Assembly: GCA_937625935.1 (NCBI GenBank)
Contig: OW569357.1
Span: 186,001 to 250,000 of the forward strand
Source of the DNA: Tetramitus jugosus
Taxonomy: Eukaryota > Protista > Heterolobosea
Length of the DNA stretch: 64,000 nt
Direction of reading: 5' to 3'
In this document: positions 45,832 to 57,460 of the stretch, one piece after another
Layout of the letters: each line of letters opens with the position of its first letter
Position numbering within the stretch: the stretch's first letter is position 1
Notes under the pieces: generated by a model
Databases searched by the model: none
What the model was told of the DNA's origin: nothing
Seen by the model: the letters and a program-made list of their open reading frames with translations, nothing else
Position numbers and translations under genes: made by a program

Positions 45832-47777
45832 ATGGATAAAATCAGGAATAGATCAAGATCCACTTCCACATCAGCCAACTCTGCCACCACAAAAGTCTCC
45901 AAAGTTTTGAAGAGAGTGGGAGACAAGGTTCGTGTCGGTGTAGCCCTGTTTGACGACGTTGCCAAAAGCTTAGCAAAAGCAACGAATCATGACAAGGTAC
46001 CACCAAAGGAAAAACATGTGAGAAGTATGTTGTCGTGTGTTCAAAGGAGCACTTTTTTTTTCATTGTTTTATCAACCGTCGCCATCATCACCACCACTCT
46101 GAGAGAATAGTGTTTGACTCACCACTCACTCACCTCAATAACCAATAGAAATTATCATGGCTACAAATGGACCATCGAACGAACTCAATTTTGGAGAATT
46201 GGTTGATGCAATGAGCAGAATTGTGACCCAGAGCAAAGATTGGCTCGTTTCACTCAAGGGACTTCAACTGTTCCATCGATTGGTCCAAGAAGGATCAGAA
46301 GAATTTGTAGAAACAGTGTTGAGACATCATGTGAGCAAAGTGTTGAACATGTCTGCATGGAAGGACAGAAGCACTGCTATTGCTATGGAACAGAGTCCAT
46401 TTGTGAGACAGTATGGTCGTTATGTAGAGGAGAGATATGTTTTGTACAGAAATATTCAAATCAAGTACCTGGACAAATCAACACAGTTGCCAGTGATTGG
46501 ATCAGTGAGAGGTCGTGAAGAAGAATTGTTCAAGACCATTTCTTCATTGCAGAGAGTGTGTGAGGAGCTGATTGAGTGCTCTGTGTTGTTGGCAGAGAAG
46601 AGATCAAGACTGGACAATGGAGCTACTGTTGGTGCTTTTAATTTGTTGTTGGATGATGGATTGGTGTTGTTCAAGTTGTTGTCTGGCGCAAATTTGCAAT
46701 TGTTGGGTATGTGATGGTTGTTTTTTTCTCTCATGATGTTGTAATTTGTTGTTTGTTGCTCCATGGTGTTGTACACAATGTGAAACGAATTTTGTGCTGA
46801 CCATCATCTGTTTGAATGTTATCACAACAGATTCCTATTTTGACATGGATAAACCAAATGCACAGAAAGCATACAAGCTCTATGAGAAACATTGCAGACA
46901 ATCTCTCGGTTTGCTCGATTTCTTCAAGTTTGCAAAGAAGACTGGACTTTCACGAAGAAACATTCCTGCCTTGAAATCCACTCCAGATTCCATTTTGGAG
47001 GCAATGAAGGAATTTTTGGGTGGTGAAGTGACAGACACTGCAAGAAGAGCATGGGCAGAGGTGGATCACAACTTTGATGACATTGAAGTCGATGAGGTAC
47101 CAACCATGAATTTGTCTGATTTGTTGTCTCAACAGGAAATGGACTTTATTCAAACAACTGCTGCAAACAATAGCGAAGACCAATCAAACAAAAGATTATC
47201 CAGAAGATCAGAAGCCAATGCCTCACCAGCCATGCTTGAATTTGATGACTTTTTGCCACCACCAACCAACAATCAACCTTCTCGCAGCAGAGCAAGCAGT
47301 GGTGCCAGCAAAACGAATGCCAACAATATGATCAACTTTGATGACTTTTTAACAGATGCAATGGCTTCTCCCTCATCGCCCCAAGTTCAACAGAATATGA
47401 ATGTGCAGTACAATGGACGTTCACCTCAACAACAACAACAATATCAACCATCTCCAAATGCCAACAACAGGAGCTCAATGACATCAAATCCATACTACTC
47501 TGCTCCTCAAATGGTGCCTCCATATCAACAGCAACAACAAGGTTGGAATACTCCTCCTCCTCAATATTCACCACAGCATCAGCAACAACAACCACCTCCT
47601 CCTTACTACAACAATCCTAATATGCCGCCACACATGGTCAACCAGATGCAAAAGCAACAAGAAGTGACTCAAAAACAACAATTTTATAGACAGCAGTACC
47701 TCCAGGCACAACAACAACCGCAACAACAGCAACAGCAATCACCAAGCAGTTCAAATCCTTTTGATGATCCATTCTAA
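45832..47777 (+). CDS. ANTH-domain clathrin adaptor (AP180/CALM-like); 3 exons
   Basis: Exons 45832-46024, 46149-46706 and 46831-47777. KATNH..PPKEKHV, WLVSLKGL..HRL and FVRQYGRYVEER; FDDF, DPF and NPF motifs in the tail. Confidence 0.9.
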
Positions 47778-47956
47778 TACTCCCAGTAAAGTAAGAGAGC
47801 TCTCACATCAATGAATAGGTTCAAATGAACTATCACAATACAATAAAAAATGAAACCAGTTCCTCATGAGGGAACACGTCCAATCTGACCCATGTGTGTC
47901 ACACATTATCTCCGATTTCCTTCTTCCCACAGAAAACAGCATCATCACACAAAAAA

Positions 47957-49393
47957 ATGAAGTCAAAGTCCTGTATCATCCTTCTCTTATGTCTCCTGCT
48001 GTGCGTGTTGTGTTTGCTTTGTGCACATGGTGCCACCACCACCACCACCGCAGAGACTGCTGTTCCTGTTGTCGACATGAACAATAATGACGCCACCACT
48101 GCCACCAATAATGATGCCACCACCAACACTGCAACAACTTCAAACAATGCTGCCGCTGACAATAGCAGTACTCATAAATCAATGATGATGATGATTGATG
48201 CAGAGTGGCAAACGAGCAAGTCCAAGAATGTGACCAAAGTCAAAGTGAGTCGCTCAGAGCACAAAAAGTACAAATTTAAACCGATTGTGATTGGAGAGTC
48301 AAAATCCATCAAGTTGATGAATGCCAAGAATGTAGAGTACTATAATCGTGTGCTAGAGTCACCAATTGCCACACTGTGGTTGTTGACTGTGGGTGGAAGA
48401 GGCAAACGACCCATTCATCTCAATTACACAATGAAGAGAATATTTGAGAAGGCGTACAAGATGAATATTCAAGTGGAGTTCAGAGAGACTCACTTGTTTG
48501 ATCTCGTGGCAAGTCAAGAAGGTTTCGAACAATTGATTTACAAGGGAAAGCCTGTCAAGAAGTTGCCTGATGCTGTGTTGAGCAGACTCGGTGCAAAGAT
48601 TGATTATTTCGGGTTGGCTGTTGTGAGACATTTGGAGAAGATGGATGTTTTGGTGTTGAACAATCATATGGCTCTCGAGATTAGCAGAGATAAATTGCAC
48701 ACGGTTCAAGATTTGGCCTCTCATGGAATGCCTATTCCAAAGACAATGATTGCCAAGTTCCCAGCCGATGCTGAATCAATTAAGCGAGAATTCAAGTTCC
48801 CACTCATTCTCAAGCATAGTTCAGGCACTCAGGGCAAGGGAGTAATGCTCATTGAGACAGCAGAACATTTGAACGGGTTGTCTGATATGGTCGATGTCTC
48901 AAAGCCAATGATCTTCCAAGAGTACATTTCCAATAGTGCCGGTAGAGATATTAGAGCTATTGTCGTGGGAGGAAAAGTTGTTGGTGCCATGATGAGAGTG
49001 GCGAAATCAGGATTCAAAGCCAACTTCCATCAAGGAGGATATGTGAAGAAGATCAAGTTGTCTCCAGCTGTTGAATGGTTGGCAATTGAGGCAACACGGT
49101 TGATTGGATTGGATGTCGCAGGTGTCGATATCTTGATTGACAAGAACACGTACAAGATTTGTGAAATTAATTCGAGCCCTGGATTTAATGGATTCGAACT
49201 GGCTACAGAAGTCGATGTTCCACTCCACATTTTGGACTTTGTGAAGCTCAGAACAGGAGTTTGGCAAAAGAGAAAGCAAAAGAAAGCGCCAGTCCTTGTG
49301 CCTGTACAGGAGGATCATGTGCTGAAGGTTGAGGTTGACATTGATGGATCCCAGAAGGAAGCCTCTCTCAACTCTACTTTGATCAAAGAGTAA
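47957..49393 (+). CDS. RimK-family ATP-grasp amino-acid ligase with an N-terminal signal peptide
   Basis: ATG at 47957; hydrophobic leader ending AHG; Thr/Ala-rich stem. RimK motifs RDK, PKT, GTQGKGV, QEYI..GRDIR, FKANFHQGG, AGVDIL and ICEINSSPGF. Confidence 0.85.
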   Translation: MKSKSCIILLLCLLLCVLCLLCAHGATTTTTAETAVPVVDMNNNDATTATNNDATTNTATTSNNAAADNSSTHKSMMMMIDAEWQTSKSKNVTKVKVSRSEHKKYKFKPIVIGESKSIKLMNAKNVEYYNRVLESPIATLWLLTVGGRGKRPIHLNYTMKRIFEKAYKMNIQVEFRETHLFDLVASQEGFEQLIYKGKPVKKLPDAVLSRLGAKIDYFGLAVVRHLEKMDVLVLNNHMALEISRDKLHTVQDLASHGMPIPKTMIAKFPADAESIKREFKFPLILKHSSGTQGKGVMLIETAEHLNGLSDMVDVSKPMIFQEYISNSAGRDIRAIVVGGKVVGAMMRVAKSGFKANFHQGGYVKKIKLSPAVEWLAIEATRLIGLDVAGVDILIDKNTYKICEINSSPGFNGFELATEVDVPLHILDFVKLRTGVWQKRKQKKAPVLVPVQEDHVLKVEVDIDGSQKEASLNSTLIKE

Positions 49394-49564
49394 AAATGAA
49401 TTTTCCTACCAATGTATTCTCTGTAGGAGTAATTGTTGTGTCGGTGTTTTACAATCATGATTGAACGTGCAAGCAATTTGATGAAACAAGAAATTTTTCA
49501 CATTAGCAACGCAACAACAAAACTCTCATTTCCAATCACAACAACCAACCACAACAACAGAATC

Positions 49565-50635
49565 ATGTCATCATCATCCTCAAAAACAGAATTGGTGTTT
49601 GAAGAAACACACAACACACCTAGTCATGGTATCTATGAAGAAGAACCAACTGCCTCCTCCAGAAGCAAAGAAGACCTTCCCAGTGGCACCGTAGAGCCAG
49701 CACACGTCGGACAAATGGCTCGTTCCTTTATTAACAAACAGAGAACTCTAGTGTTTGCTGCGAGAGGCATCTATGCGCGTCATCGTCACCTGCTCAACGA
49801 CATTCGACTGTTGTTGCCCCATGGCAAAACAGAGGGCAAATTCCATGAGCAGAATGCCACTACAAAGCAACTACAATCCGTCAATGATATCTGTAGAATG
49901 AAAAAATGCCCCAACTGCATCATGTTTGAGTGCACGAATCAGAGTGAATTGTTTATGCATTGTTTGAAGACACCTCAGGGCCCTAGTGTCAAATTTGCAG
50001 TGACCAATGTCGCGACAATGAACGAGTTGAAGATGACTGGTAATTGTCTCAAGGGATCCAGAGCGATTCTTCACTTTGATAAACAGTTTGATCAGGCACC
50101 TCATTTGCAACTGATTCGCGAACTGTTTACTCAAATATTTGCGACACCAAAGGGTCATCCAAAGACGAAACCATTCATGGATCATGTATTTTGCTTCTAT
50201 GTGCTGGATGGAAAGATTTGGTTCCGTCACTATCAAATCACACTGGACAATGCACAGGAGACAAAATCGTCCAAGCACTCTGCCAAGAGGAAGCTTGTTG
50301 AGATTGGACCAAGATTTGTTTTGGAGCCATTGCGTATCCTGAGTGGTGCCATGGAGGGAGAAGTCCTGTACAACAATGATCACTGGGTATCACTCACTTC
50401 TCAAAAGAGAGAGAAGGCCATTAGAGAGAGAGACGCAAAGGAAAAGAAGATTAAGAACAAGAGAAGGAGAATTGATATGCTTCAAAAGCTGAGAACAACA
50501 AGCGATCCTGTCAACAGTGCAAAGAGCGTGTTCCACGATGAGGATGGAGAGGAATTAGAGGGAGTCGAGGAAGACAATGTCAACTATGTTTCAGTGGATG
50601 ACGAAGATGATGAATTGTCATCTGATGATGAATAA
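49565..50635 (+). CDS. BRX1: Ribosome biogenesis protein BRX1 (Brix domain)
   Basis: NKQRTLVF..RG..RHRHLL, GPSVKF, ELKMTGNCLKGSR, PFMDHV and LVEIGPRFVL; acidic tail. Confidence 0.93.
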   Translation: MSSSSSKTELVFEETHNTPSHGIYEEEPTASSRSKEDLPSGTVEPAHVGQMARSFINKQRTLVFAARGIYARHRHLLNDIRLLLPHGKTEGKFHEQNATTKQLQSVNDICRMKKCPNCIMFECTNQSELFMHCLKTPQGPSVKFAVTNVATMNELKMTGNCLKGSRAILHFDKQFDQAPHLQLIRELFTQIFATPKGHPKTKPFMDHVFCFYVLDGKIWFRHYQITLDNAQETKSSKHSAKRKLVEIGPRFVLEPLRILSGAMEGEVLYNNDHWVSLTSQKREKAIRERDAKEKKIKNKRRRIDMLQKLRTTSDPVNSAKSVFHDEDGEELEGVEEDNVNYVSVDDEDDELSSDDE

Positions 50636-50813
50636 ATATATATACTATATATATAAAAGTAGTCGGTCGTAATAGTAGTATTAGTCGTACAATTGCAGGT
50701 AGTTGAATTTTATTGTGTATTAATCAATTCGTGGATTGTCCATTCTAGCTTCTGTGCAATTCGCGCCCGTTCTTTACAGTTTTTGTCGAGATTGCAACAA
50801 TCTCGTAGTGAAA

Positions 50814-51758
50814 ATGTCGAAACTAGCAACGAAGCGAGAAGAGAATCTTGTGGCTACAGATCGTGGAAGTATCAGTATTTTGAATCCTGAGCTGTATGCA
50901 GAGTTGGTAGAATCGATTCCAAAGAGTGAGAGTTCGATCCTACAACAATTCTATCACCAACAATCACTTGAAGAAGCCAGAGGAGATCTGAAGAAAGAAC
51001 CGCTGATTCCACACGGGAATGAAAATGAACAATTAATGAGACGTAGAAGAGAAAAGGAAAGAGATGAATACTTTGCAAAAATTCAGCGAGAGTTCCAGAG
51101 ACGGAGAGTGGCCCATCAGAATCTCAAGGACGAGCAATTTGTACAATTATACAATTCTTTAATCGAAGATAGGTTACACGTCCTGCATAATTTATCTCAT
51201 ACTTTATTTATGGAAGCAGAACACGATGAAAGGAAGAAGCAAGAGGCTTATGAGGAGTGGTTAGAGAAAGTGTTCAACCCAATTCAAAACCAGATTGATG
51301 AGAAGATTCGTTGTACTTCAATCGAAACCATAGAGAAGAGGAGAAGAAAACTCTTTGAAGAGTTTCTTCAAATGTCCAACAAGAAACCTCTTTTTAGAGA
51401 TATTATTCTCCCACAGGATCATTACAATCCTTTGGAACACAATGAAAAGCACACAATTCGATACTCTTTTGTGACAAATAGGAAAGGGAAGGATGAAGAT
51501 TTAGTTAATATCTCAGCAGGAACGAATCCCAGGTCGGTAGATAGACTAGATGTCAGAATGTGGGATAAAATGGATGCAACACCCTATGGACACTACGAAC
51601 AAGCTCAAAGACCTAGTTCTATCTCTAAAAAGAAATTTCAATCCAAGGTCGAGTTCGATCACTATGATCGGCCCAAATCAGATGTACCAAAACCAGGAAA
51701 AAGAGTGAACTATCCCTCAGAGAGGAAAAATTTTGCACAACTCTCTGGAATGGAGTAA
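50814..51758 (+). CDS. Conserved hypothetical protein, FAM228-like
   Basis: ATG at 50814. EEWLEKVFNPIQNQI, LFRDII..YNPL and LDV..W..TPYG motifs recall FAM228-family proteins. Confidence 0.5.
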   Translation: MSKLATKREENLVATDRGSISILNPELYAELVESIPKSESSILQQFYHQQSLEEARGDLKKEPLIPHGNENEQLMRRRREKERDEYFAKIQREFQRRRVAHQNLKDEQFVQLYNSLIEDRLHVLHNLSHTLFMEAEHDERKKQEAYEEWLEKVFNPIQNQIDEKIRCTSIETIEKRRRKLFEEFLQMSNKKPLFRDIILPQDHYNPLEHNEKHTIRYSFVTNRKGKDEDLVNISAGTNPRSVDRLDVRMWDKMDATPYGHYEQAQRPSSISKKKFQSKVEFDHYDRPKSDVPKPGKRVNYPSERKNFAQLSGME

Positions 51759-51764
51759 TTTAGT

Positions 51765-54700
51765 TTAGTACTGTCTGTGTTTTTTCACCTTCGAGTAGTG
51801 ATCTTGGATTGTCACAGCTCTCTTTTGGACGGTTTGTTGTAGTTTTTCATGTATTGAGTATTCCTCCTGAAGAGTTTCCGTAATAGCCTGAGAAATAAAG
51901 ACATCGTTGAGTGGATTATCATCTTTGTGGAAACCTTCAAGTAATAAGGATTCATCTCCTAAGATTGGATTTTTGTTCAACCATTCGATCCTTTCCTTTA
52001 GATTTGATTGATTGTGGACAGCTCTGTCATAAGAATCTAAAATATCGATCAACTCTATCACATCCTGGACAGAAGTAGTCATGGCTAACAATTCCTTCGC
52101 TTTATCGAGAGAATTATTGAAAACGGCAATGACTCCTTGGATATGATCATCATAAGTAACTACTGAAGCATGTTCTCTATTACTTGTTCCAACGATGGAC
52201 TCTTTGTAGGTCTGTCTGTTCTGGGCTGTTTCTCTTTTCAACTGTTCCCGCTTTGCACATAAGCATGCCTCCACTATTATCTCTTCTGTTGAGCAGAGAA
52301 CAGATACTATCTCATCAAGAATTTTCATAACAGTTCTGACTTCTTCTTCATCAACGGAAAGAACTAAACTTCTTTCCACGAATTCTTCGGTCAGTTGTTG
52401 GCAAACTTCGAAACTTAAGGGTCCTTCGATTAGCTCCTTCATGCACTTAAGTTCTTCAAAATTGGTGTCGATACAAGAGTAGGTGGCTGGAGATTCATCC
52501 TCTTCAATATTTAGTTCTGTAATGAACGGCGAATCATTTGAGATGGTAACTTTCTTTTTCACTATGGATTGTGTGTTACTCATCGAAGAGGTTCTATGTC
52601 CACTGTTGGTAATCATTTGCTTCCAGAGTACAACGCGAGTTATCCATCTTTTAATCATCCATGAAGTTTCGTTGTTACAATACTCAATTATTGATTCATC
52701 TTGGCTAATTCGTTGAATCTCATCTGTTGAGTATCCCTTCTCAGTGATCGCTTTGATTCCTCTGGAGAGATTAAGATTTCTTTCTTGAAGTTGTTGGCTG
52801 GATAAACGACAAAAAGAAAAAGAATTTGAATTCTCGACAACATCTAGCCTCCTCCAAACACTATCTCTCATCCTTGATCGATTCAAATTCCTCGATTCCA
52901 CATTCTCTACATAAGCAACTATTGCTATCTGGTTGTTCTCATCTATGGTTATTTGATCTTGGTACAACATACCCAGAGACTGTATAGATAGTTTATCTTT
53001 CAGTTTCTCCTTAGCCCGAAAGAATGAACTACTAAATGGCTCGAGATATCTCCCATTTTGGTTTAATTTTTTCAACCAAGTCCATTCTTCTTCAGATATG
53101 ATACTGTCTTGGATCTTTTCAAACGGAGGCATCATTCTCACATTATCATCCACTAATAGGGAGTAGCCATCGAAGTCAGCACAGAACCGAATATAACAAA
53201 GATATGTACCCTTTTCCAGGGGACATATATGATGTTGATCATAATACAGCACACTATTCTCCAACCATCTTTCTCCAAGGAAAGAACAATCCATGAGGTT
53301 CAACCGCGCAGTTGGATCTATATTTTCTAGTCCTTGGTACAACTTGTGCTCCGAGATCTCACGAGACCGCCATGTGTATCGTTCACTCGTTAATACTTGA
53401 GTTTTTTCTGTTACTCTTTTCACAGAAAGTATCAGAATGCACTTAGTGTTTGGAATTGAAATGAATCTATCATAGAGGAGTCCAAGATCTGAACCCAATC
53501 TCTTTGTCAGTACTAGAGAGGCCTTAATAATTTCACTTGACAAGTTATGTTTCTTGCTCCCTCTGCCTAAATAAGGTGATAGCGACCAGCTTTCCCCTAG
53601 ATTGAATAACCAATCCAAACCTTCCCAATCTTCTTCATTGCGTTCCATCTTCTCGAAGGATATGTTGGAAAGTTTTTCACTTGGTAAACGACCATTTGCA
53701 TCAGCAATGATTTCTTCCCCACACAAACAAACAGAGCACAAGAATACTCCTTGAGATTCCTTTTGGTGTATCATTCTTAACTTTTCCTTCTCGCGGTCAC
53801 ATCTTCTACTAACTTTTATCCCTCGAGGAATGTATGTGAATTCTGAAGGGAAGTCCACTCGAGGAAGTATATCTCTCCCCCTCCATTCTTTCAACACCAA
53901 ATACACCACATCCAATTGATTCTTCAACAACTTGGCATGTTCGAGCAAATCTGGTCCCCTATGCGATTCATCACTTCTTGGAGAACTTGGAGAAGAAAGT
54001 TCTGTATCTCTAAGGCCAAATGTATCACTAAATGAGTCTTGGGTAGTGAAAGATTTTATGAAACTCAATCTAGAAGATCTTGTCACAGAATCCCTTTTCT
54101 TCGACAGGTCTGAAGGAAAATAAAACCGGTCCAACAAGAAAAGGGGAGGTCCTCCTAAACTTCGGTTTGTCTCCTCTTTTTCAATTATCAGGTCAAATAT
54201 CTCGTGGAGATCTACCTGGTGATTAAGATACGATGTCGGAGTGAGAGAATACATGCACTCTTGATAGATTTCAATGAATATAGGATACTTCTCTCTGTGG
54301 AACGAACCAGATTTTCCTATGCTTACAAGTCTCGATAAAATATTGTCCCGAACGGGGCCATTCCGCAACATCCCTTGTAATTCCATTAGAGAGGTTCGTA
54401 AGTCAACTACTGTTCCCTCTATTAATGAGTCGAAAAGTTCATTCGATGATTCAGCTCTGTTGACACTATTATCGATCGTTCTTGCAAAATCTACTGAAGC
54501 TAATCTATAATACAACATATCTTTGTCGCCTATGATCTTTCCAATCTCGCCAAAAGAGTAATTCAAATACTTTTCTAATTTCTCCCTAGATTTCTGTCCA
54601 GAGACAAGTACAACCACCACACTATCAGTTATTAACATAAATTTACAGCCTTGTTTGTTCGATTCGAGAATTCGGAATTCAAACCTTTCAAGCAAAGGAT

Positions 54701-55355
54701 ACACTCCTATCAATGATGTTTCTCTCTTTGTTCCCGTTAGACCAGATGTCTTGCTCTTCGATATGGATAGGACAAATGCTCCAGTCCAATCTCGAGCTAT
54801 AGAAACATTGACTAACTTTCGCTTCCTCTTGTGGCTTTTCTTCAGAAGATAACATTGAATCGTTGCCACTACATGCACCTCTCCTGAATTAATTCCACAA
54901 AATATTTCATATTCTACTGACAACTCTAACTCTCCTCTCTCCTTGCTAATCTGTTCGTTTGGTAGGTTCCACATTGTTGTCTTGCCGAGGAACGTACTCC
55001 TTCGGGAAGAGTCATTTGTCGACTCCCAATCATCTAGATTAGCTAACTTTTTAAATTCTAGTTTCGGTCTTTGGAGCTGTGCTTGTTCGTTTATATCAAC
55101 AGCAGAATAGCTGAAATCTCCAAAAATATCATCAATATTTTCCATCTCATTCTCTTTTGGGTTCTTCTCTTCGAACGACTTGAGATCATTTTCTCTTACT
55201 CCTGTAAGAATTGGGTCAAGAAAACTCTCTGAGAGAGAGATACTGTCTTCCTCTGTCTCTTCCAACTCATTATTGTTCGTTGCTTCTGATGAATCTTCGA
55301 ATACTGGTGCCATGATTTCCTCAAACCTTGTGTCATTTGGAAAGTATCCCTCCAT
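51765..55355 (-). CDS. Large protein containing an ANKFN1/wide-awake-type C-terminal conserved region
   Basis: First ATG at 55355. Two related blocks, GVFLCSV..GRLP..DWLFNLGESW..LGLLY and LEKGTYLCYIR..LLV..KI..ISEEEWTWLKKL..LGMLY, resemble the region of ANKFN1 after the FN3 domain. Confidence 0.5.
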   Translation of the reverse strand: MEGYFPNDTRFEEIMAPVFEDSSEATNNNELEETEEDSISLSESFLDPILTGVRENDLKSFEEKNPKENEMENIDDIFGDFSYSAVDINEQAQLQRPKLEFKKLANLDDWESTNDSSRRSTFLGKTTMWNLPNEQISKERGELELSVEYEIFCGINSGEVHVVATIQCYLLKKSHKRKRKLVNVSIARDWTGAFVLSISKSKTSGLTGTKRETSLIGVYPLLERFEFRILESNKQGCKFMLITDSVVVVLVSGQKSREKLEKYLNYSFGEIGKIIGDKDMLYYRLASVDFARTIDNSVNRAESSNELFDSLIEGTVVDLRTSLMELQGMLRNGPVRDNILSRLVSIGKSGSFHREKYPIFIEIYQECMYSLTPTSYLNHQVDLHEIFDLIIEKEETNRSLGGPPLFLLDRFYFPSDLSKKRDSVTRSSRLSFIKSFTTQDSFSDTFGLRDTELSSPSSPRSDESHRGPDLLEHAKLLKNQLDVVYLVLKEWRGRDILPRVDFPSEFTYIPRGIKVSRRCDREKEKLRMIHQKESQGVFLCSVCLCGEEIIADANGRLPSEKLSNISFEKMERNEEDWEGLDWLFNLGESWSLSPYLGRGSKKHNLSSEIIKASLVLTKRLGSDLGLLYDRFISIPNTKCILILSVKRVTEKTQVLTSERYTWRSREISEHKLYQGLENIDPTARLNLMDCSFLGERWLENSVLYYDQHHICPLEKGTYLCYIRFCADFDGYSLLVDDNVRMMPPFEKIQDSIISEEEWTWLKKLNQNGRYLEPFSSSFFRAKEKLKDKLSIQSLGMLYQDQITIDENNQIAIVAYVENVESRNLNRSRMRDSVWRRLDVVENSNSFSFCRLSSQQLQERNLNLSRGIKAITEKGYSTDEIQRISQDESIIEYCNNETSWMIKRWITRVVLWKQMITNSGHRTSSMSNTQSIVKKKVTISNDSPFITELNIEEDESPATYSCIDTNFEELKCMKELIEGPLSFEVCQQLTEEFVERSLVLSVDEEEVRTVMKILDEIVSVLCSTEEIIVEACLCAKREQLKRETAQNRQTYKESIVGTSNREHASVVTYDDHIQGVIAVFNNSLDKAKELLAMTTSVQDVIELIDILDSYDRAVHNQSNLKERIEWLNKNPILGDESLLLEGFHKDDNPLNDVFISQAITETLQEEYSIHEKLQQTVQKRAVTIQDHYSKVKKHRQY

Positions 55356-55550
55356 TGATTGTTCCGCAACATCTCGTTCCAAGTCTCTGTTAGATCCTAA
55401 TTACAAGATTAACTCGTGTGTTTAGAAGAAATAAATAAGTTTAGAAATTATCAAAGAAGTTTTACCATTGTGCATTTTTGATTCCTTTTTCGATTTCTTA
55501 TTTTACTTCCAACCGTAGACTTCAGCGGGAATCAACAAACAAAATATTTG

Positions 55551-56775
55551 ATGACAAGCACAGGAGAGCTGGAGACTCTTGGTGGAGAAGATTTAAATGA
55601 TGCAGTGTTCTATGAAGCGAATAGAATAGCAGCTAGGATCGAACGCTACAGGGCCGAAATAAAGTTGCACAAGGACAAAGAGAGAGAGCTCGAAAAACTA
55701 ATATTTATGCATGAGAAAACCATTGAGAAGCTCATACTACAATTGGAAGGTATGTAATTGAGAAGAAATTGTGAATTAAAGTCGAATGTGAAATGACCTG
55801 ACTTGAAGGCCAGAAAAGGATGATATGAAGAGTTCTTGCATCAATCAATTGGAATTAGAAGTTCAACGACTTCAGTACGAAAATGAACTGAAAACAATAG
55901 AGATGAATGAGATGAAAACCTTGCTGAATAGCAAACAAGTTGAAATAGAAGTCCAGAATAGAAAAATTGAAGCTTTCGAGAAGGAGAGGTCAAATCTCGA
56001 GAATCAAGCTGCCGAAGTGAAGAACATTTTCCGACATGTCGATATCGAACCAATATACGAGCAAGTAGTCGAATTATTTGCTCAATTCTATCCCGACGAG
56101 GAGAACATTGGAGATTTCCTTGTTCAACAACATGGAGATGCATCGTGGATGAAGGAGGATGCACTAGAACAATCTACAGTGAAGTCGTCGGGAATGGAAT
56201 TGACGCTTCCAGAGATAAGTAAATCTATCTCCTTTGCAACTACCGTCAAATCACCGTTGCGACCTACGACTCCACCTGCAACCTCTCACTCAATAAGATC
56301 TAGCTTCACTTTCCCTGGCTCCATACTCTCCAGACAGGACACACAAACTTCCTTTTTAAACGAGGGAAATCGATTCACAGAAGTTGTTGCTTCCCAGGAA
56401 GAATATTTCTCAAACATAGCAATCGAACGTACAAAAGTTAGCGTTGGTGTTCAAGCCACAGAGCCCTGGAAAGCTCCTTCAAGATCGTTGTTAAACAGTT
56501 CCAAAGATAGAACTACGCTCGATCCTTTCAGGAACCCTTCAAACTCTCCCTCAGCCACCAGTGCGCTTCTTTCACAAATTCTGGAAAGACACACCTCCAA
56601 CAAGAAGCCAATATCAAGCAAGAATCGAGTCAAGAGCAAAACAAGCCTCGGCTTCACTGAAAGAGAGGAAAAATCTTCACCTCAACGAAAGAGGCTATAT
56701 GGTACTCCACCTCAACCAATCATCAAAAACCTAAGAATGGATCTCTCTCCGATTTATCGAAACCTCTCGCCATAG
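55551..56775 (+). CDS. Hypothetical coiled-coil protein; 2 exons
   Basis: The intron 55750-55813 (GTATGT..CAG, phase 1) joins the two ORFs in frame. Coiled-coil N-terminal half and S/P-rich C-terminal half. Confidence 0.7.
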
Positions 56776-56880
56776 TCGTTTGGTATTTTCTCCGATCTTG
56801 GTGTGAACAATTGTTGATTCTGGATTTGACACAAAACAAAATCAATTGATTGACACAAGTACAAAGACCTTTGGAGCCAA

Positions 56881-57342
56881 ATGACAGACCCTTTTGAAAT
56901 TAGAGTGGCTATTGCAAGTGATGCACCCACAATTACTCATTTTAACATTGCCATGGCCAAAGAAACTGAAAATCGAGATTTGGATCATGAAACAGTGAGC
57001 ACAGGAGTGCAGCGCGTGTTTGACAATGCACCACACTATGGTTTCTATCTGGTGACACAGGAGAAGAGTACAGGAACAATCGTAGGAAGTTTAATGATCA
57101 CATATGAGTGGTCTGATTGGAATTGCAAGCAATATTGGTACATTCAGAGTCTCTATGTGTCTCCGGACTTTCGCAGAAGAGGCATCTTCAAGTCCATGTA
57201 CAACCATTTGGTTCAAATGGCCAAAGAGCAAAACTGTGCAAGCGTACGATTGTATGTCGACAAGGACAATCAAAAGGCACAATCCACCTATGAATCACTT
57301 GAAATGATCTCTCATTACCTCATGTACGAGTATACTTTGTAA
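56881..57342 (+). CDS. GNAT-family N-acetyltransferase
   Basis: ITYEWSDW, IQSLYVSPDFRRRGIF (motif A) and RLYVDKDNQKAQSTY (motif B). Confidence 0.92.
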   Translation: MTDPFEIRVAIASDAPTITHFNIAMAKETENRDLDHETVSTGVQRVFDNAPHYGFYLVTQEKSTGTIVGSLMITYEWSDWNCKQYWYIQSLYVSPDFRRRGIFKSMYNHLVQMAKEQNCASVRLYVDKDNQKAQSTYESLEMISHYLMYEYTL

Positions 57343-57460
57343 ATCGTCATCCATATTGATGTCAAAAATTAAACTTGACGTATACCAAACATATAATGTT
57401 TCAATAGCTGCTTAATCCATCCAATCGTACAATAAACAACAACAATAGCTCCAAAATCGA

